Program-made: the position numbers and the translations under genes | From: Oligoflexales bacterium | Lineage (GTDB): Bacteria > Bdellovibrionota_B > Oligoflexia > Oligoflexales > JAPPIL01 | Length of the DNA: 64,000 bases | Reading direction: 5' to 3' | Assembly (NCBI GenBank): GCA_965215515.1 | Contig: OZ244057.1 | Span: 608,001-672,000 of the forward strand | Shown: one piece after another, positions 29,901 to 39,409 of the stretch | How the letters are laid out: each line of letters begins with the position of its first letter | How positions within the stretch are numbered: position 1 is the stretch's first letter | The notes under the pieces: model-generated | The model's database searches: none | What the model was told of the DNA's origin: nothing | Seen by the model: only the letters and a program-made list of their open reading frames with translations

Positions 29901-30182
29901 AGTTTTATGTTTGCGGGGGCGACGAAAGTTGCGAATAGTTTAAATGTTGCACAGTGGGATTTCCGTGCTGTTGCCAAAATGGGGTCGATGTTCAAGAGCA
30001 TAGCTCTCCGCAGCGACATTTATAGCAAAATGCTGATGAGGATTGAGGAAACGACCACCAAGAAAAACGTAACTCTGCACGCGGGTGGGTCACGGTACAA
30101 TTCACAAGCCGCGGCTGTACGTCAGCGACTCATCGATGACAGGGGGTGGAAAATAACCGACGGCGGTCTGGAGCAAGATTAG
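26901..30182 (+). CDS. Large lipoprotein with three tandem PKD + DUF285/BspA modules
   Basis: Lipobox FVGC; three blocks, each starting VDWNDG / VNWGDG / VEWCDG and ending W.I.DGGL. Confidence 0.85.
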   Translation: MNTNRKLVLGVAATFLFFVGCAWQPNARIRTSATDAALVIEFLVRNSDPTIRLPLPKGFTYDFVVDWNDGTESYIDSHDDPDTLHRYERVKSYRVSITGQVGSWSFWKVPHSKDRIVAVEDLGDVGWHSLAGAFYDCNLLESTAGGDTSAVTDMSYMYHRSPLVVPDTSAFDTSSVTTMRAMFDRAASADPDVRVWDTSKVRDMSGMFAKTSEARPQTDRWDTSKVVLMSDMFRAALVANPTVTRWNTSDVKDMSSMFAGAVVADPHVNDWDTGSVVSMYGMFKNATSARPDMSRWDFAEVKFMDDMFAGVVLPTSTYSQMLTRAALTARQQEVVLHAGEKTRYHPEVVDSRELLVETMRWEITDGGLDTSAQEFSTRWEVRGSDLTVKLPLVCADGRGGQYDYNFKVNWGDGVESQVVRCDDNLRTHTYSQEGVYTVTITGLLEAWSFKEEPHSRAKLTDVWNLGSVGWKSLRGAFAGCSNLNTVAGGDTALVTDMSYMFHDSPQVDVEVGEWDTRRVTDMGHMFKDATVARPEVSNWDVSSVLNMTQMFKNATRAEPDMSGWNFAQVGNMDEMFVGVKLPTTNYDKMLLCLCATSQRKDTEINLHGGQSKYSLRAYSAHDLPCSADSMCVDADGSAITTAEAARDQLDKNENGNWVIDDGGLERIPAPFVTRWYLPRGGQITLPLLRRAGLSYALEVEWCDGTRESISGDEWDVAAATHTCPPPASSDLEDLPTVIISGDIGTGRWSCRDFAVENRCDKLYAVDDLGDLGWKNLSGAFAFAESLVVFAGGNTSQVTDMSFMFFRSERVRPEVSNFDVSKVENMWGMFQGALSADPDVSMWNTSRVKDMGWMFAQTRLANPDVSDWRTSLVTSTQRMFSQAELADPDLSNWDMQQVTDISYMFYQARQATPDVAQWNTARVEDMAGVFRRADKADPDVGSWDTSRVTNMHHMFADTRSATPDVSRWDVGRVTNMRGMFRNAVSARPDVSDWNVASVEDMSFMFAGATKVANSLNVAQWDFRAVAKMGSMFKSIALRSDIYSKMLMRIEETTTKKNVTLHAGGSRYNSQAAAVRQRLIDDRGWKITDGGLEQD

Positions 30183-30370
30183 GTGTTGGTTTCCAGTAAC
30201 CAAGAAGAAAAACTTTCTCGTCGATCTTGTCCACGTTAACTGTTTGAGCGAGCACGAGTTTTTTGCGGCTCTGGCGGAGTCGGACATCGCTGCGAACAAC
30301 TCTGGCGAGAACACGAAAACGCTCTGGCGGCAGAAAACGCAGGGTTGGCGGGGGACAATGCTTTTTTTGC

Positions 30371-31024
30371 TCAGGGGGAGAACACGATCTCCAGCCTGTC
30401 ATCGTGAATGATGTCCTCGAGGTGAATAAACACCGCACCGCTCGCGACCGCCGTGCCAGAGCCAGTGCTGATCAACAAGCCTGTCACCTCCACCTCAAGA
30501 TAGCCATCGCTGTAAAAAGCGATAACCGTGTTCGGGTAACCAGCGCGCAGCATCGCGGCGGGGTTATCTGGTAAGGGCGAGGAGTGCATTGCCGCGTCGT
30601 CGCGGTATTTAATCCTCGCACCGATGTATCTGCTCGCTTCTTTCCTGAGGCCACTGACCTGTTCGAGAGGAATAGTTGCCCTGTCATCGAAGTCCACCCG
30701 TGCATCACCCTTGTCCCCCATGCCTGAGGCAGACTCGACGGTAAGTTCGATTTGCCGCGCCCTCTTAGCGTCGGCGGACGGAGGCAGTACTGTGACATCC
30801 ACCACCTTCCCGCTCCAACTATGCTCGTCCCGCACATAGTGCACATACTTGCCCCGCAGCTGGTCGGCGAGCACACGCTTGACCCAACGCTCCGACGCAC
30901 CTTGTTCGCCCACAAGAGTGAACAGCAGGCCTGTGCCAGCCACACCCCCTCCGCCATGCCGTAGCAACGGCGCACGCGCCGCCAACAGCGACAAGGCCAC
31001 CAGCACCGACCACCTCAACCACAT
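30371..31024 (-). CDS. Hypothetical secreted protein
   Basis: GGGAGAG SD, signal peptide, 217 aa. Confidence 0.6.
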   Translation of the reverse strand: MWLRWSVLVALSLLAARAPLLRHGGGGVAGTGLLFTLVGEQGASERWVKRVLADQLRGKYVHYVRDEHSWSGKVVDVTVLPPSADAKRARQIELTVESASGMGDKGDARVDFDDRATIPLEQVSGLRKEASRYIGARIKYRDDAAMHSSPLPDNPAAMLRAGYPNTVIAFYSDGYLEVEVTGLLISTGSGTAVASGAVFIHLEDIIHDDRLEIVFSP

Positions 31025-31163
31025 AGCTCTCTCCCAGATGTACGACGACGGACAACACCCTTACAACTGCGAGGGAAAGGATGTCAAGACTCCAAGAGAG
31101 CCAGTCAGGCCGTGTTGCTGCTCGCTGAGAACGCGAACAGCAACACGCACACAACCTGTTTAA

Positions 31164-32099
31164 TCACTGATCACTGCTGGAGTCTGTACAAATGCCCTGA
31201 TAGATGTGTTCATTCCCTTCGAAACTGCGGCGGGCAAATACACTCTGCCCGTCACGGCAGGGGGTGCCATCCGCATTAAAATATACTAGGAACACATTAT
31301 CGTTATCGTCCTTATTCTCACCCCGACCTGTTGGCGTATTCTGAGAGAGTACCCTGCCCTCGTCATCGACAGTGATAAAGTCAACTTCGCCTTCCTGCCA
31401 GCCAGACGTTGGCGTAGCTAAGGTAAACCTATACCTGGTAAAACTAGTGCCAGCATCGTCGCTACCACCTGGCTCAGCGGACAATATCAGATCGTCATCG
31501 GGTGCGGCAGTAACAGTAACCTCGACATCATCGACACGGGTATCGCCCATGTAATAGACCAACTTGCTGATGCCCTTGTCCGCGGCACCGTCGGTGAAGA
31601 ACAAGCCATCGATACCCCGAAAGCTGTCTCTCGCCTCGGTAACATGGATGTTGCCGCGGCTCCAGCGAGCCAAGGCGTGCTCCACTAACTCACCTTCAGC
31701 GTTGTACACCTCTACCCGTAGCGGCTGATCTTGCAACTCACGCTCTACCTCGTCATACTCGAGCGTGAGTTCCGAGTTAGATAAGCCCTGCGGAGTGACA
31801 GCTACGGAGAAGAAAGTCCTCTCCGCCAGCGTACCTGAGCTGCCATACCTCTCGCCGCGCGGAGCAAACTGGCCCTGATAGGAATAACGCAACCCCGTCA
31901 CCTTCTCTCCGAGATGACAAGAGATGGATCTGAGATCCAGAATGTTAACCACCCCATCTTGATTGACATCGGCACGCCCGAGCGGAATACCCCCACAAGA
32001 CACCTCCGCGTCCGCCGCCGCCGTGGAAGACGTTTCCTCCTCGGTGGTACACGACAACGACAATAGCAAACCGCTAAAAAACAACAGATACCTCATCAC
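31164..32099 (-). CDS. Lipoprotein with dockerin-like Ca-binding motif
   Basis: GGAGGT SD; lipobox LSLSC; ADVNQDGVVNILDL. Confidence 0.7.
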   Translation of the reverse strand: MMRYLLFFSGLLLSLSCTTEEETSSTAAADAEVSCGGIPLGRADVNQDGVVNILDLRSISCHLGEKVTGLRYSYQGQFAPRGERYGSSGTLAERTFFSVAVTPQGLSNSELTLEYDEVERELQDQPLRVEVYNAEGELVEHALARWSRGNIHVTEARDSFRGIDGLFFTDGAADKGISKLVYYMGDTRVDDVEVTVTAAPDDDLILSAEPGGSDDAGTSFTRYRFTLATPTSGWQEGEVDFITVDDEGRVLSQNTPTGRGENKDDNDNVFLVYFNADGTPCRDGQSVFARRSFEGNEHIYQGICTDSSSDQ

Positions 32100-32311
32100 C
32101 TCTACCTCCCCTAAAAAAAATGACCAAATCTGTACTGCTGTTCGGACAATTTTTGATTATACTAAGCCGTTGCTGGGATAAAATTTGCTATCCTGCGGGA
32201 TCTGCCGTGCAGATGCCCCCAAATCTCGTGTTATCATCACTATCATCTTGGAGCACAATCCAGTTGTGCGCGGGAGGCTCGTGGCAGAAGGCCGCGTCTC
32301 TTCGCTTAATC

Positions 32312-32707
32312 CTACTCACCTGCAGTGCGGATGGTGAAGGTGGTGATACCTCCTGCACGCAGTTTGTCGATCAGGGCAATCACCTTGCCGTGTGGGGTAT
32401 GTCGATCGGCAGCAACGGTGACCGCTTTGCCGCTGGCGGCGGTGCGGGCGATGGTTTCGGCTAGCTGGGAAACGGCGATCTGCTCGGCGTTGAAGTAGAC
32501 TTGGGCAGTGGCGGTGAGGCTGAAAGTGACGGTATCGACATCGCTGGTGGCGGTGGTCGCCTGTGGCAAGCGGATTTTGATCCCACGGTCGTCGATATAG
32601 CTGGTGGTAACCATAAAAATTACCAACAGCACCAGCATCACGTCTACCAGCGGGGTGATGTTGATCCCAGTAATCTCGTCCTCGTGAAAATTTTCCAGAG
32701 CAGCCAT
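32312..32707 (-). CDS. exbD: ExbD/TolR biopolymer transport protein
   Basis: INITPLVDVMLVLLVIFMVT, LPQA, AD...PHG.V....D....G. Confidence 0.88.
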   Translation of the reverse strand: MAALENFHEDEITGINITPLVDVMLVLLVIFMVTTSYIDDRGIKIRLPQATTATSDVDTVTFSLTATAQVYFNAEQIAVSQLAETIARTAASGKAVTVAADRHTPHGKVIALIDKLRAGGITTFTIRTAGE

Positions 32708-32790
32708 TACCTCCCACCTCATCTTTATGTTCGCCATTGGCACTAACCACGGGTATAATCGGCAGCCGTTGCTGCCTGGATGAGTTTTTT

Positions 32791-34452
32791 ATGTCCGTTG
32801 CTTTCGATGAATTCAAGGCTTTTGCCAAGAAAAATAAATTTTTTTATATCTTAGGCACCTGTGGCCTACTTCTGATTAACTTTAGCGAAGTTGCCACTCC
32901 TAAAATCATCCAGTGGCTGATCGACCTCTTGGTAAGACAGGATAACAGTATCATCCCAGAGTTGTTACGCGGGGCATCGGTCACCGCGTCACTCTATTTC
33001 CTATCTTTCCTGCTGTTGTGCAACTTCAGCGCGGGGGCGATCGGAGCCGTCGTCTGGCGGGAAGGGTTGGGGCGCATGACGCACCTGGCTGGTAAGGAAA
33101 CCCGCCTCAGGTTTTGGCACAGGCTGAAGGAAGTGCGTTACGATCGCTTTTTACAGCGGTTTACGGTTGGCGATCTGATCAATCGCATCTCGCAGGACTA
33201 CAACGTCACCCGCTTCATGCACGGCTTTAACATCGTAGAGACACTAGACATCTTGTTTTTTACGTCTTTGGGCTTGGTACTGATGTTTCTCATCGATGCT
33301 GAGCTGACTATTTATTGCTTGCTGTGTTTTGCGATCACGCCACCTCTTATCGCCCGTCTCGCACACCGCGAATATCGGCAGCATCTGCACGCACAAGAGG
33401 AGTTGTCACGACTGTCGGATTTGGTGGCACAAGCGACCGCGACTATCAAACTACAGCGATCGAGTGGGAGCGAATTCTTTTGGCAAGACAAGCTCGGTCT
33501 GTCGGCGAAAGAATATGCCCAGCGCAGTTATCGGGTGCAGAAGACAGAATGGCATATTTTCGCGTGCGGAGCACTGCCTGTTATTTGTTCTTATGCCCTA
33601 CTGTGTGGGCTGGGGATACAAAAAATTGTGACAGACAAATTGTCACTCGGTGAATTTTTTGCTTTGGCCTCGTATATTTCGATGCTGCAATCGCGACTCT
33701 ACATGTTGAGTAGCTGTATTTCGACCTGGCAACGTGGCTTGGCAAGCTACGGGCGGATACTAGAAATTATCAAAGCCAAGCTGACCAGACAGAAAAAACA
33801 AAACACGACAGACTTTAGCCAACCATTGTTGGAGATAAAATCTTTGTCTTTTGCTTATGGCAAGCATCAGGCCGTGAGTTTTTTTAATCTGCGGTTAATG
33901 GAGCGTGAATGGCTGGGAATCGCGGGGGCGTTAGGCACAGGCAAGACTACAATTTTGCGCTGTGTACTGGGTTTATTGCCCGTAGTGGACAAAAAGATTT
34001 TTCTATTCGGTGCAGACATCAACGGTGTGCCTGATAAAATGCGTAGCAAGTTAATTTCTTATGTTCCGCAGAAAGTTTTTTTGTTTTCAACCACAATCCG
34101 TGAGAATCTTTGCCTCGATCGTTATGAAGATGAAAAAAAACTTTGGCAAGTGCTTAAGATTGTGCAGTTACACGAGTTTGTTGCTAGTTTGCCCCAGCAG
34201 CTTGACACCAAAATCGGTGAATGGGGGGTGGATCTTTCCGGAGGGCAGAAACAACGTTTAGCAATTGGGCGGGCGATTTTATGCAACCCGAAGTTGCTGC
34301 TGTTCGATGATTGTTTCAGTGCTATCGACAGTATCACCGAGCACATGATTATGCGGCGGGTACGGGTTTTTCTCGCCCATACTGCGATTATCTGGGCATC
34401 GCATCGTGCATCTTCGTTACGCTTATGCACTAAAATTATTACTTTGTATTGA
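32791..34452 (+). CDS. ABC exporter, fused TMD-NBD (MdlA-like)
   Basis: TM domain, GALGTGKT, YVPQ, LSGGQKQR, LLFDDCFSAID. Confidence 0.88.
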   Translation: MSVAFDEFKAFAKKNKFFYILGTCGLLLINFSEVATPKIIQWLIDLLVRQDNSIIPELLRGASVTASLYFLSFLLLCNFSAGAIGAVVWREGLGRMTHLAGKETRLRFWHRLKEVRYDRFLQRFTVGDLINRISQDYNVTRFMHGFNIVETLDILFFTSLGLVLMFLIDAELTIYCLLCFAITPPLIARLAHREYRQHLHAQEELSRLSDLVAQATATIKLQRSSGSEFFWQDKLGLSAKEYAQRSYRVQKTEWHIFACGALPVICSYALLCGLGIQKIVTDKLSLGEFFALASYISMLQSRLYMLSSCISTWQRGLASYGRILEIIKAKLTRQKKQNTTDFSQPLLEIKSLSFAYGKHQAVSFFNLRLMEREWLGIAGALGTGKTTILRCVLGLLPVVDKKIFLFGADINGVPDKMRSKLISYVPQKVFLFSTTIRENLCLDRYEDEKKLWQVLKIVQLHEFVASLPQQLDTKIGEWGVDLSGGQKQRLAIGRAILCNPKLLLFDDCFSAIDSITEHMIMRRVRVFLAHTAIIWASHRASSLRLCTKIITLY

Positions 34453-34459
34453 GACAGAC

Positions 34460-36238
34460 ATGGGTCTTAAGGAACTTAAAAAACGTGTGAGAGCACTGGT
34501 CAGAGAAGATGAGGTTTACCAATCTTCTGATGTGAGTGGTGTTGCCTATCTGTTATCTTTGTCACGAGAAAATTATTACAGATTATTTTCTGCTATTGCA
34601 GTGCTGATGTTAAGTGTTGCTTGCTTAATGATCTCAGTGCGCCTGTTGGGCTGGCTGTTTGAAGATCTCGCGGGCAACAGAAATTTTATGTGGCAGTATG
34701 CCATGGTTTTCATCGTCTTCGAACTGCTGGCCGCGGCACTGCGTTATGGGGGGTCGATTTTTATGTCTTATACGACGACCTCTATTATTTTGGAGGTACG
34801 CAAAAAATTATTCCGAAAGCTAACTCTCTTGCCCATAACCTACTTCGATCGGCAGCCGCTAGGACGCACAGTTGCTCGTATTACTAATGATGTTGAGCGG
34901 GTTGAGTATTTCTTTTCTCGCGTTCTTGCCGACTCGCTATGTGCCCTGATTGAAATCGGCTTGATTTTAGTGGCCATGATTGTGACCGATGCCAAAATGG
35001 GCGTTATCATCGCCTGCACAAGCATTCCCGCCTTTGTTTTCGCCCTAGCAATGCGAGCACCTGTCAAGTATTGGATGCGCATGCACAAAAAACTCGATGC
35101 GTCGATAATTTCAAAGTTTGCTGAGTATACCAACGGCTTCGAAGTTTTGAAAAGCTTTAATCTTGAGCAGTGGAGCTCCCGTAAATTCGAGGATATCAAT
35201 ATTCTCAATTACTTAGTGCATCTCACGATCATGCACTGGAACTCGTTTATCCGTTCAACGATTATGCTGCTGTGTCAGTTACCAGTCTTTTTTGTTTGTT
35301 TACTATGTGGAGCGATGGTCATCGACAATACCCTAAGTCTAGCAATATTTATCAGCATGCTGCGTTTTAGCGAGCGTTTTATGTCACCTGTGCGCTCGCT
35401 CTCTCATGACATTCAAATCATTCAAGATGCCTTAACTTCAGCAGAGCGGGTGCGGCAGATGTTGCAGGAGATTGAAGAACCTCGCTACGAAGGTGCGCTT
35501 GCCAAACGAGTGTGGGGTGACATCACTTTTGATAACGTGAGTATGGATTATTTTCGCGATAAAGGCGTGTTGAAGGGAATAAGCTTTGCCATTAAAAAAG
35601 GGACGAAGGCTGGCCTGGTCGGTGAAACAGGCGCGGGCAAAACCTCGACCGTCAACCTCATTCCTGCCTTGTATAATTATACCGCAGGTGACATTAGCAT
35701 CGATGGTATCTCGCTGCGCAAATGGTCGAAGCAGTGGGTGCGTAGGCACATCGGCTACATCAACCAAGATGTGGTGATTTTCCGCGGCTCGTTACGCGAG
35801 AACATCGTTTGCGCACAAAAAAATGTCAGCGATCATGCTATCTATAGCCTCGCGGCACGGCTGGGTTTCAAGGAGCGGCTGGCGGCGTTCCCTGACGCTC
35901 TCAACACCTTAGTGCTAGAACACGGGCAGAACTTAAGTGCAGGCGAACGGCAGATAATCGCCTTCATGCGCATGATGATCAAAGAACCGAGTATTCTGAT
36001 TCTCGATGAAGCCACCGCTAACGTCGATCACGATTACGAAAAACTGCTACACCATGCCCTGTTTGAAATGATGGCGGACAAGACTTGTTTTATCATTGCG
36101 CATCGCCTACGCACCGTTAAGCAATGCGATACAATTCTCGTTTTCAAACACGGGCGTATCGTCGAACGCGGCGACCACGACAGCCTGGTGGCGGTGGAAA
36201 ACGGCTATTACCGCAACATGCATAAAGCTCTGCTGTGA
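34460..36238 (+). CDS. ABC exporter, fused TMD-NBD (MdlB-like); heterodimer partner
   Basis: YFDRQPLGR..R.TND, GETGAGKT, LSAGERQ, ILDEATANVD, IAHRL. Confidence 0.9.
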   Translation: MGLKELKKRVRALVREDEVYQSSDVSGVAYLLSLSRENYYRLFSAIAVLMLSVACLMISVRLLGWLFEDLAGNRNFMWQYAMVFIVFELLAAALRYGGSIFMSYTTTSIILEVRKKLFRKLTLLPITYFDRQPLGRTVARITNDVERVEYFFSRVLADSLCALIEIGLILVAMIVTDAKMGVIIACTSIPAFVFALAMRAPVKYWMRMHKKLDASIISKFAEYTNGFEVLKSFNLEQWSSRKFEDINILNYLVHLTIMHWNSFIRSTIMLLCQLPVFFVCLLCGAMVIDNTLSLAIFISMLRFSERFMSPVRSLSHDIQIIQDALTSAERVRQMLQEIEEPRYEGALAKRVWGDITFDNVSMDYFRDKGVLKGISFAIKKGTKAGLVGETGAGKTSTVNLIPALYNYTAGDISIDGISLRKWSKQWVRRHIGYINQDVVIFRGSLRENIVCAQKNVSDHAIYSLAARLGFKERLAAFPDALNTLVLEHGQNLSAGERQIIAFMRMMIKEPSILILDEATANVDHDYEKLLHHALFEMMADKTCFIIAHRLRTVKQCDTILVFKHGRIVERGDHDSLVAVENGYYRNMHKALL

Positions 36239-36409
36239 ACCTGACACACCGACCCTAGTCCAACACTTCCGCCACCACTCCCGCATAGCCGTCGGGCGTG
36301 GCAGACGCAAGCACTGCCCCTCGAGTACAGTGTAGCGAAGAAGCTTGCAAGTGTTCCTGTCTTTCCTGTATAGGTCGGGGCGGGGGAGGTTATCGGGTGG
36401 ATTACGCCA

Positions 36410-38059
36410 TTGGCTGGTGACAGCGTACGCATAACCCCTATCGGGGGTTGTGGTGAGTTCGGTAAGAACTTAACTCTCTACATCTATAGGGATGCCGTCT
36501 ACGTCGTTGACTGCGGAGTCAAGTTTGCGGAGGTATGGCAGCCAGGGATCATGGGCTTGATTCCTGACTGTGATCAAGTCTTTGCTGCCTACGGTGCGCC
36601 GACTGCTTATCTGTTGACCCACGGGCATGAAGACCACATCGGCGCGGTACCGCTGTTTTACGAGGACTGGCCTGCGCCGATCTATACGACGGCATGGACG
36701 ATGGAGCTTATCAAGATAAAATTTGAAAAATACGGGATGTCGTTCAAAGATAAAACGCATGTTGTCAAAGGGGGTGACATGCTAAAATTTGCCGACGGGT
36801 TAAGTGTCGAGTGGGTGGCGATGAATCATTCTATTCCGATGACCTGTTCGCTGGTTATCAGCACGCCGCGCTTGCGCATCTTTCATTCGGGTGATTTTAA
36901 ATTCGACCCTGATCCGCCTTACGAGTCCCCGACCGATGTTGAGGCTCTGCGTCGCTTGCGCCCCATCGATTTGATGCTGGTAGACAGTACTAACTCCGCG
37001 GTGGCGGGCGATTCGCCGAGCGAGAAAAGTGTGCGTGAGCCGCTGCGCAAGTATCTGCGTGGCGACCATCCTCGTATCTATCTTACCACTTTCGCCAGCA
37101 ATCTGTGGCGTTTGTTGCAGGTCATTGAGATTGCGCAGGAGTTGGGGAAGAAGGTTTATGCGTGCAGCAGAGCGATTGAAACTTCCCTCGCGATCGGTGC
37201 GCAGCTGGGACTTTACGATACCGAACGTTATAGGGTGACAATCATCACGCGCACGACGAGAGAAATTGCTGCTACCGATGCCGTGGTGCTGGTATCTGGT
37301 TGTCAGGGTGAGCGTTTCTCGACGCTGGCACGGGTGGCCAGTGATCGTCTTCGCGCTTGTGTGTTGGGGGAACGCGATCTTGTGTTGTTCTCTTCTCGCC
37401 CTATCCCTGGCAACGAACTGTCGATTATCAAGCTGTGCGAGCGTGTCAAAGAGCGTGGGGCGCAAGTCATCAGTGTGCGTGAAGATCGAGGTGTGCACGT
37501 CAGCGGGCATGCACACAGCAAAGACATCGAGAATTTAATCGCGGCACTTGCTCCCAAGACTCTCCTGCCAGTGCACGGCAACTACAGTCATCTTGACGGG
37601 GTACAAAAACTCAACCGTACCGCACAGTCCTTCGTGCCCACCAACGGCGATTTATTCGAACTTTCACCAGAAGGTTTGCAGCTACTTTCCTCTGAGCAGT
37701 TCGACGATCTTTACGTCGATGCGGAATCACTTGTGCCGCTGTCCTTTCACACCATGAAAGATAGAGTACGTTTGGGTGAAGGGGGGCTATGCGAAGTCGT
37801 CGGGGTTCTCGACAAACGCAATCGCAACTGGTTACTCTCCCCTCACATCAGCAACGTGACGGGTATTATCGATGGGGATGGGGTAGCGACTTTGCGACAA
37901 CGGGTCGGGGAAGCACTGCACAAGCGATTGCACAGTGCTGACTTTGCCGACCAAACCCTCGCGGAGATAAACAATACCGTGCGCATCATGTTTAGGCGAC
38001 AGGTAAACCTCTGTGTGGGCAAGAAAACCTTCGTCACCAGCAACATCGTAGAAGTTTAG
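36410..38059 (+). CDS. rnj: Ribonuclease J
   Basis: PIGGCGEFGKN, THGHEDHIGA, HSIP, GDFK, DSTN, HVSGH, PVHG. Confidence 0.92.
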   Translation: MAGDSVRITPIGGCGEFGKNLTLYIYRDAVYVVDCGVKFAEVWQPGIMGLIPDCDQVFAAYGAPTAYLLTHGHEDHIGAVPLFYEDWPAPIYTTAWTMELIKIKFEKYGMSFKDKTHVVKGGDMLKFADGLSVEWVAMNHSIPMTCSLVISTPRLRIFHSGDFKFDPDPPYESPTDVEALRRLRPIDLMLVDSTNSAVAGDSPSEKSVREPLRKYLRGDHPRIYLTTFASNLWRLLQVIEIAQELGKKVYACSRAIETSLAIGAQLGLYDTERYRVTIITRTTREIAATDAVVLVSGCQGERFSTLARVASDRLRACVLGERDLVLFSSRPIPGNELSIIKLCERVKERGAQVISVREDRGVHVSGHAHSKDIENLIAALAPKTLLPVHGNYSHLDGVQKLNRTAQSFVPTNGDLFELSPEGLQLLSSEQFDDLYVDAESLVPLSFHTMKDRVRLGEGGLCEVVGVLDKRNRNWLLSPHISNVTGIIDGDGVATLRQRVGEALHKRLHSADFADQTLAEINNTVRIMFRRQVNLCVGKKTFVTSNIVEV

Positions 38060-38230
38060 ACAGCAAAAAAGCTTGTGTGTGGCACTAGCGATCTCTTCAA
38101 AACCACCCATGCCGATAGGTACGCGACCTCGGGGTTCTGTCGTCGCACTGGTCAGGAAAAACTTGCATCTGGTGTAGGGTGCGGTATATTGGGTGGTAAC
38201 CATTTTTAATTATTTGCAGGAGTTATACGC

Positions 38231-39394
38231 ATGTTTAACCGATTCTTGGTAAGCCTAGTTTGTGCGATCGCTATGGTCTGTGCTGCGAGTCATGTGCTTG
38301 CCGCGGAGACGATTAAGATAGGGATTGCGGGGCCGTTCAGCGGTTTTGCCGCGTCTTTTGGTGCGCAGGTGTGGCAAGGCGGGAAGCTGGCGGTCGCGCA
38401 CATCAACGCACAGGGGGGCATCGACGGGCGCAAAGTTGCCCTGATCAAAGCGGACGACGCTTGTGAGCCGAAGCAGGCGGTTGCGGTGGCCAACAAACTG
38501 ACGGTGAAAGACAAGGTAAGTGCAGTAGTTGGCCACTTCTGTTCTTCTTCGACGATGCCTGCGTCGACCATTTATGCGGAGAACAACGTGTTGATGATTA
38601 CGCCCGCCTCGACCAACCCCAAGGTTACCACACGCGGGTTGAAGACGGTATTCAGGACGTGTGGACGTGACGATCAGCAGGGAGCAGTGGCGGCAAAGTT
38701 TATCGCCCAGCGTCTGCAAGCGAAGCGGATAGCTATCGTGCACGACAAGGATACTTACGGGCAGGGGTTCGCCGACGAGGTGCGTGCCAACTTGCAAAAA
38801 ATGCGCGGCACAGGTCTGCAAGAGGTCATGTATGAGGGCTTGACCAGAGGCGAGAAGAACTTCAGCGCGCTGGTGACCAAAATCAAGTCGGTCAAGGCGG
38901 ATGTGGTATTTTTCGGTGGCGTGCACAGCGAAGCGGGGCCGTTGGTGCGGCAGATGCGGCAGCAGGGGTTGAAGGCACACTTCGTTTCGGGCGACGGTAT
39001 TGTTAGCGATGATATGGTGGTTACCGCAGGTGGGCAGAAATTCGTCAGGGGTATTTACATGACTTTTGCCCGTGACCCGCGCAATCGTCCTGCGGGCGAA
39101 AAAATCGTAGCGGAATACCGCAAGATGGGGTTTGAACCCGAAGGCTACACGCTTTACACCTATGCTGCGGTGCAGGCGGTCGTGGCGGCGATGAAAGGAA
39201 CACTGGGGAAAAACCCCCGTCCCGATGGTTTGAAGATGGCCAAGTGGTTGAAGAGCAACACGGTGAAGACGGTGATGGGACCGCGGGCCTGGGATAAAAA
39301 CGGCGACCTGACCACCATAGACTATGTCGTTTACAAATGGACGTTCGACAGCAAAGATCGCAAGTATCGTGAGTTGAAGGCAAACGAGTTATAG
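38231..39394 (+). CDS. livK: Branched-chain amino acid ABC transporter substrate-binding protein
   Basis: Signal peptide; DDACEPKQAVAVANK, VVGHFCSSST, FRTCGRDDQQG, HDKDTYGQG. Confidence 0.92.
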   Translation: MFNRFLVSLVCAIAMVCAASHVLAAETIKIGIAGPFSGFAASFGAQVWQGGKLAVAHINAQGGIDGRKVALIKADDACEPKQAVAVANKLTVKDKVSAVVGHFCSSSTMPASTIYAENNVLMITPASTNPKVTTRGLKTVFRTCGRDDQQGAVAAKFIAQRLQAKRIAIVHDKDTYGQGFADEVRANLQKMRGTGLQEVMYEGLTRGEKNFSALVTKIKSVKADVVFFGGVHSEAGPLVRQMRQQGLKAHFVSGDGIVSDDMVVTAGGQKFVRGIYMTFARDPRNRPAGEKIVAEYRKMGFEPEGYTLYTYAAVQAVVAAMKGTLGKNPRPDGLKMAKWLKSNTVKTVMGPRAWDKNGDLTTIDYVVYKWTFDSKDRKYRELKANEL

Positions 39395-39409
39395 TTTGCT
39401 GCGGGTGTC

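Noticed and set aside
23225..30182. CRISPR-like or DGR-like periodic DNA repeats
   Set aside because: The 75-bp periodicity is explained by 25-aa coding repeats; no reverse transcriptase or adenine-specific TR/VR pair was seen.
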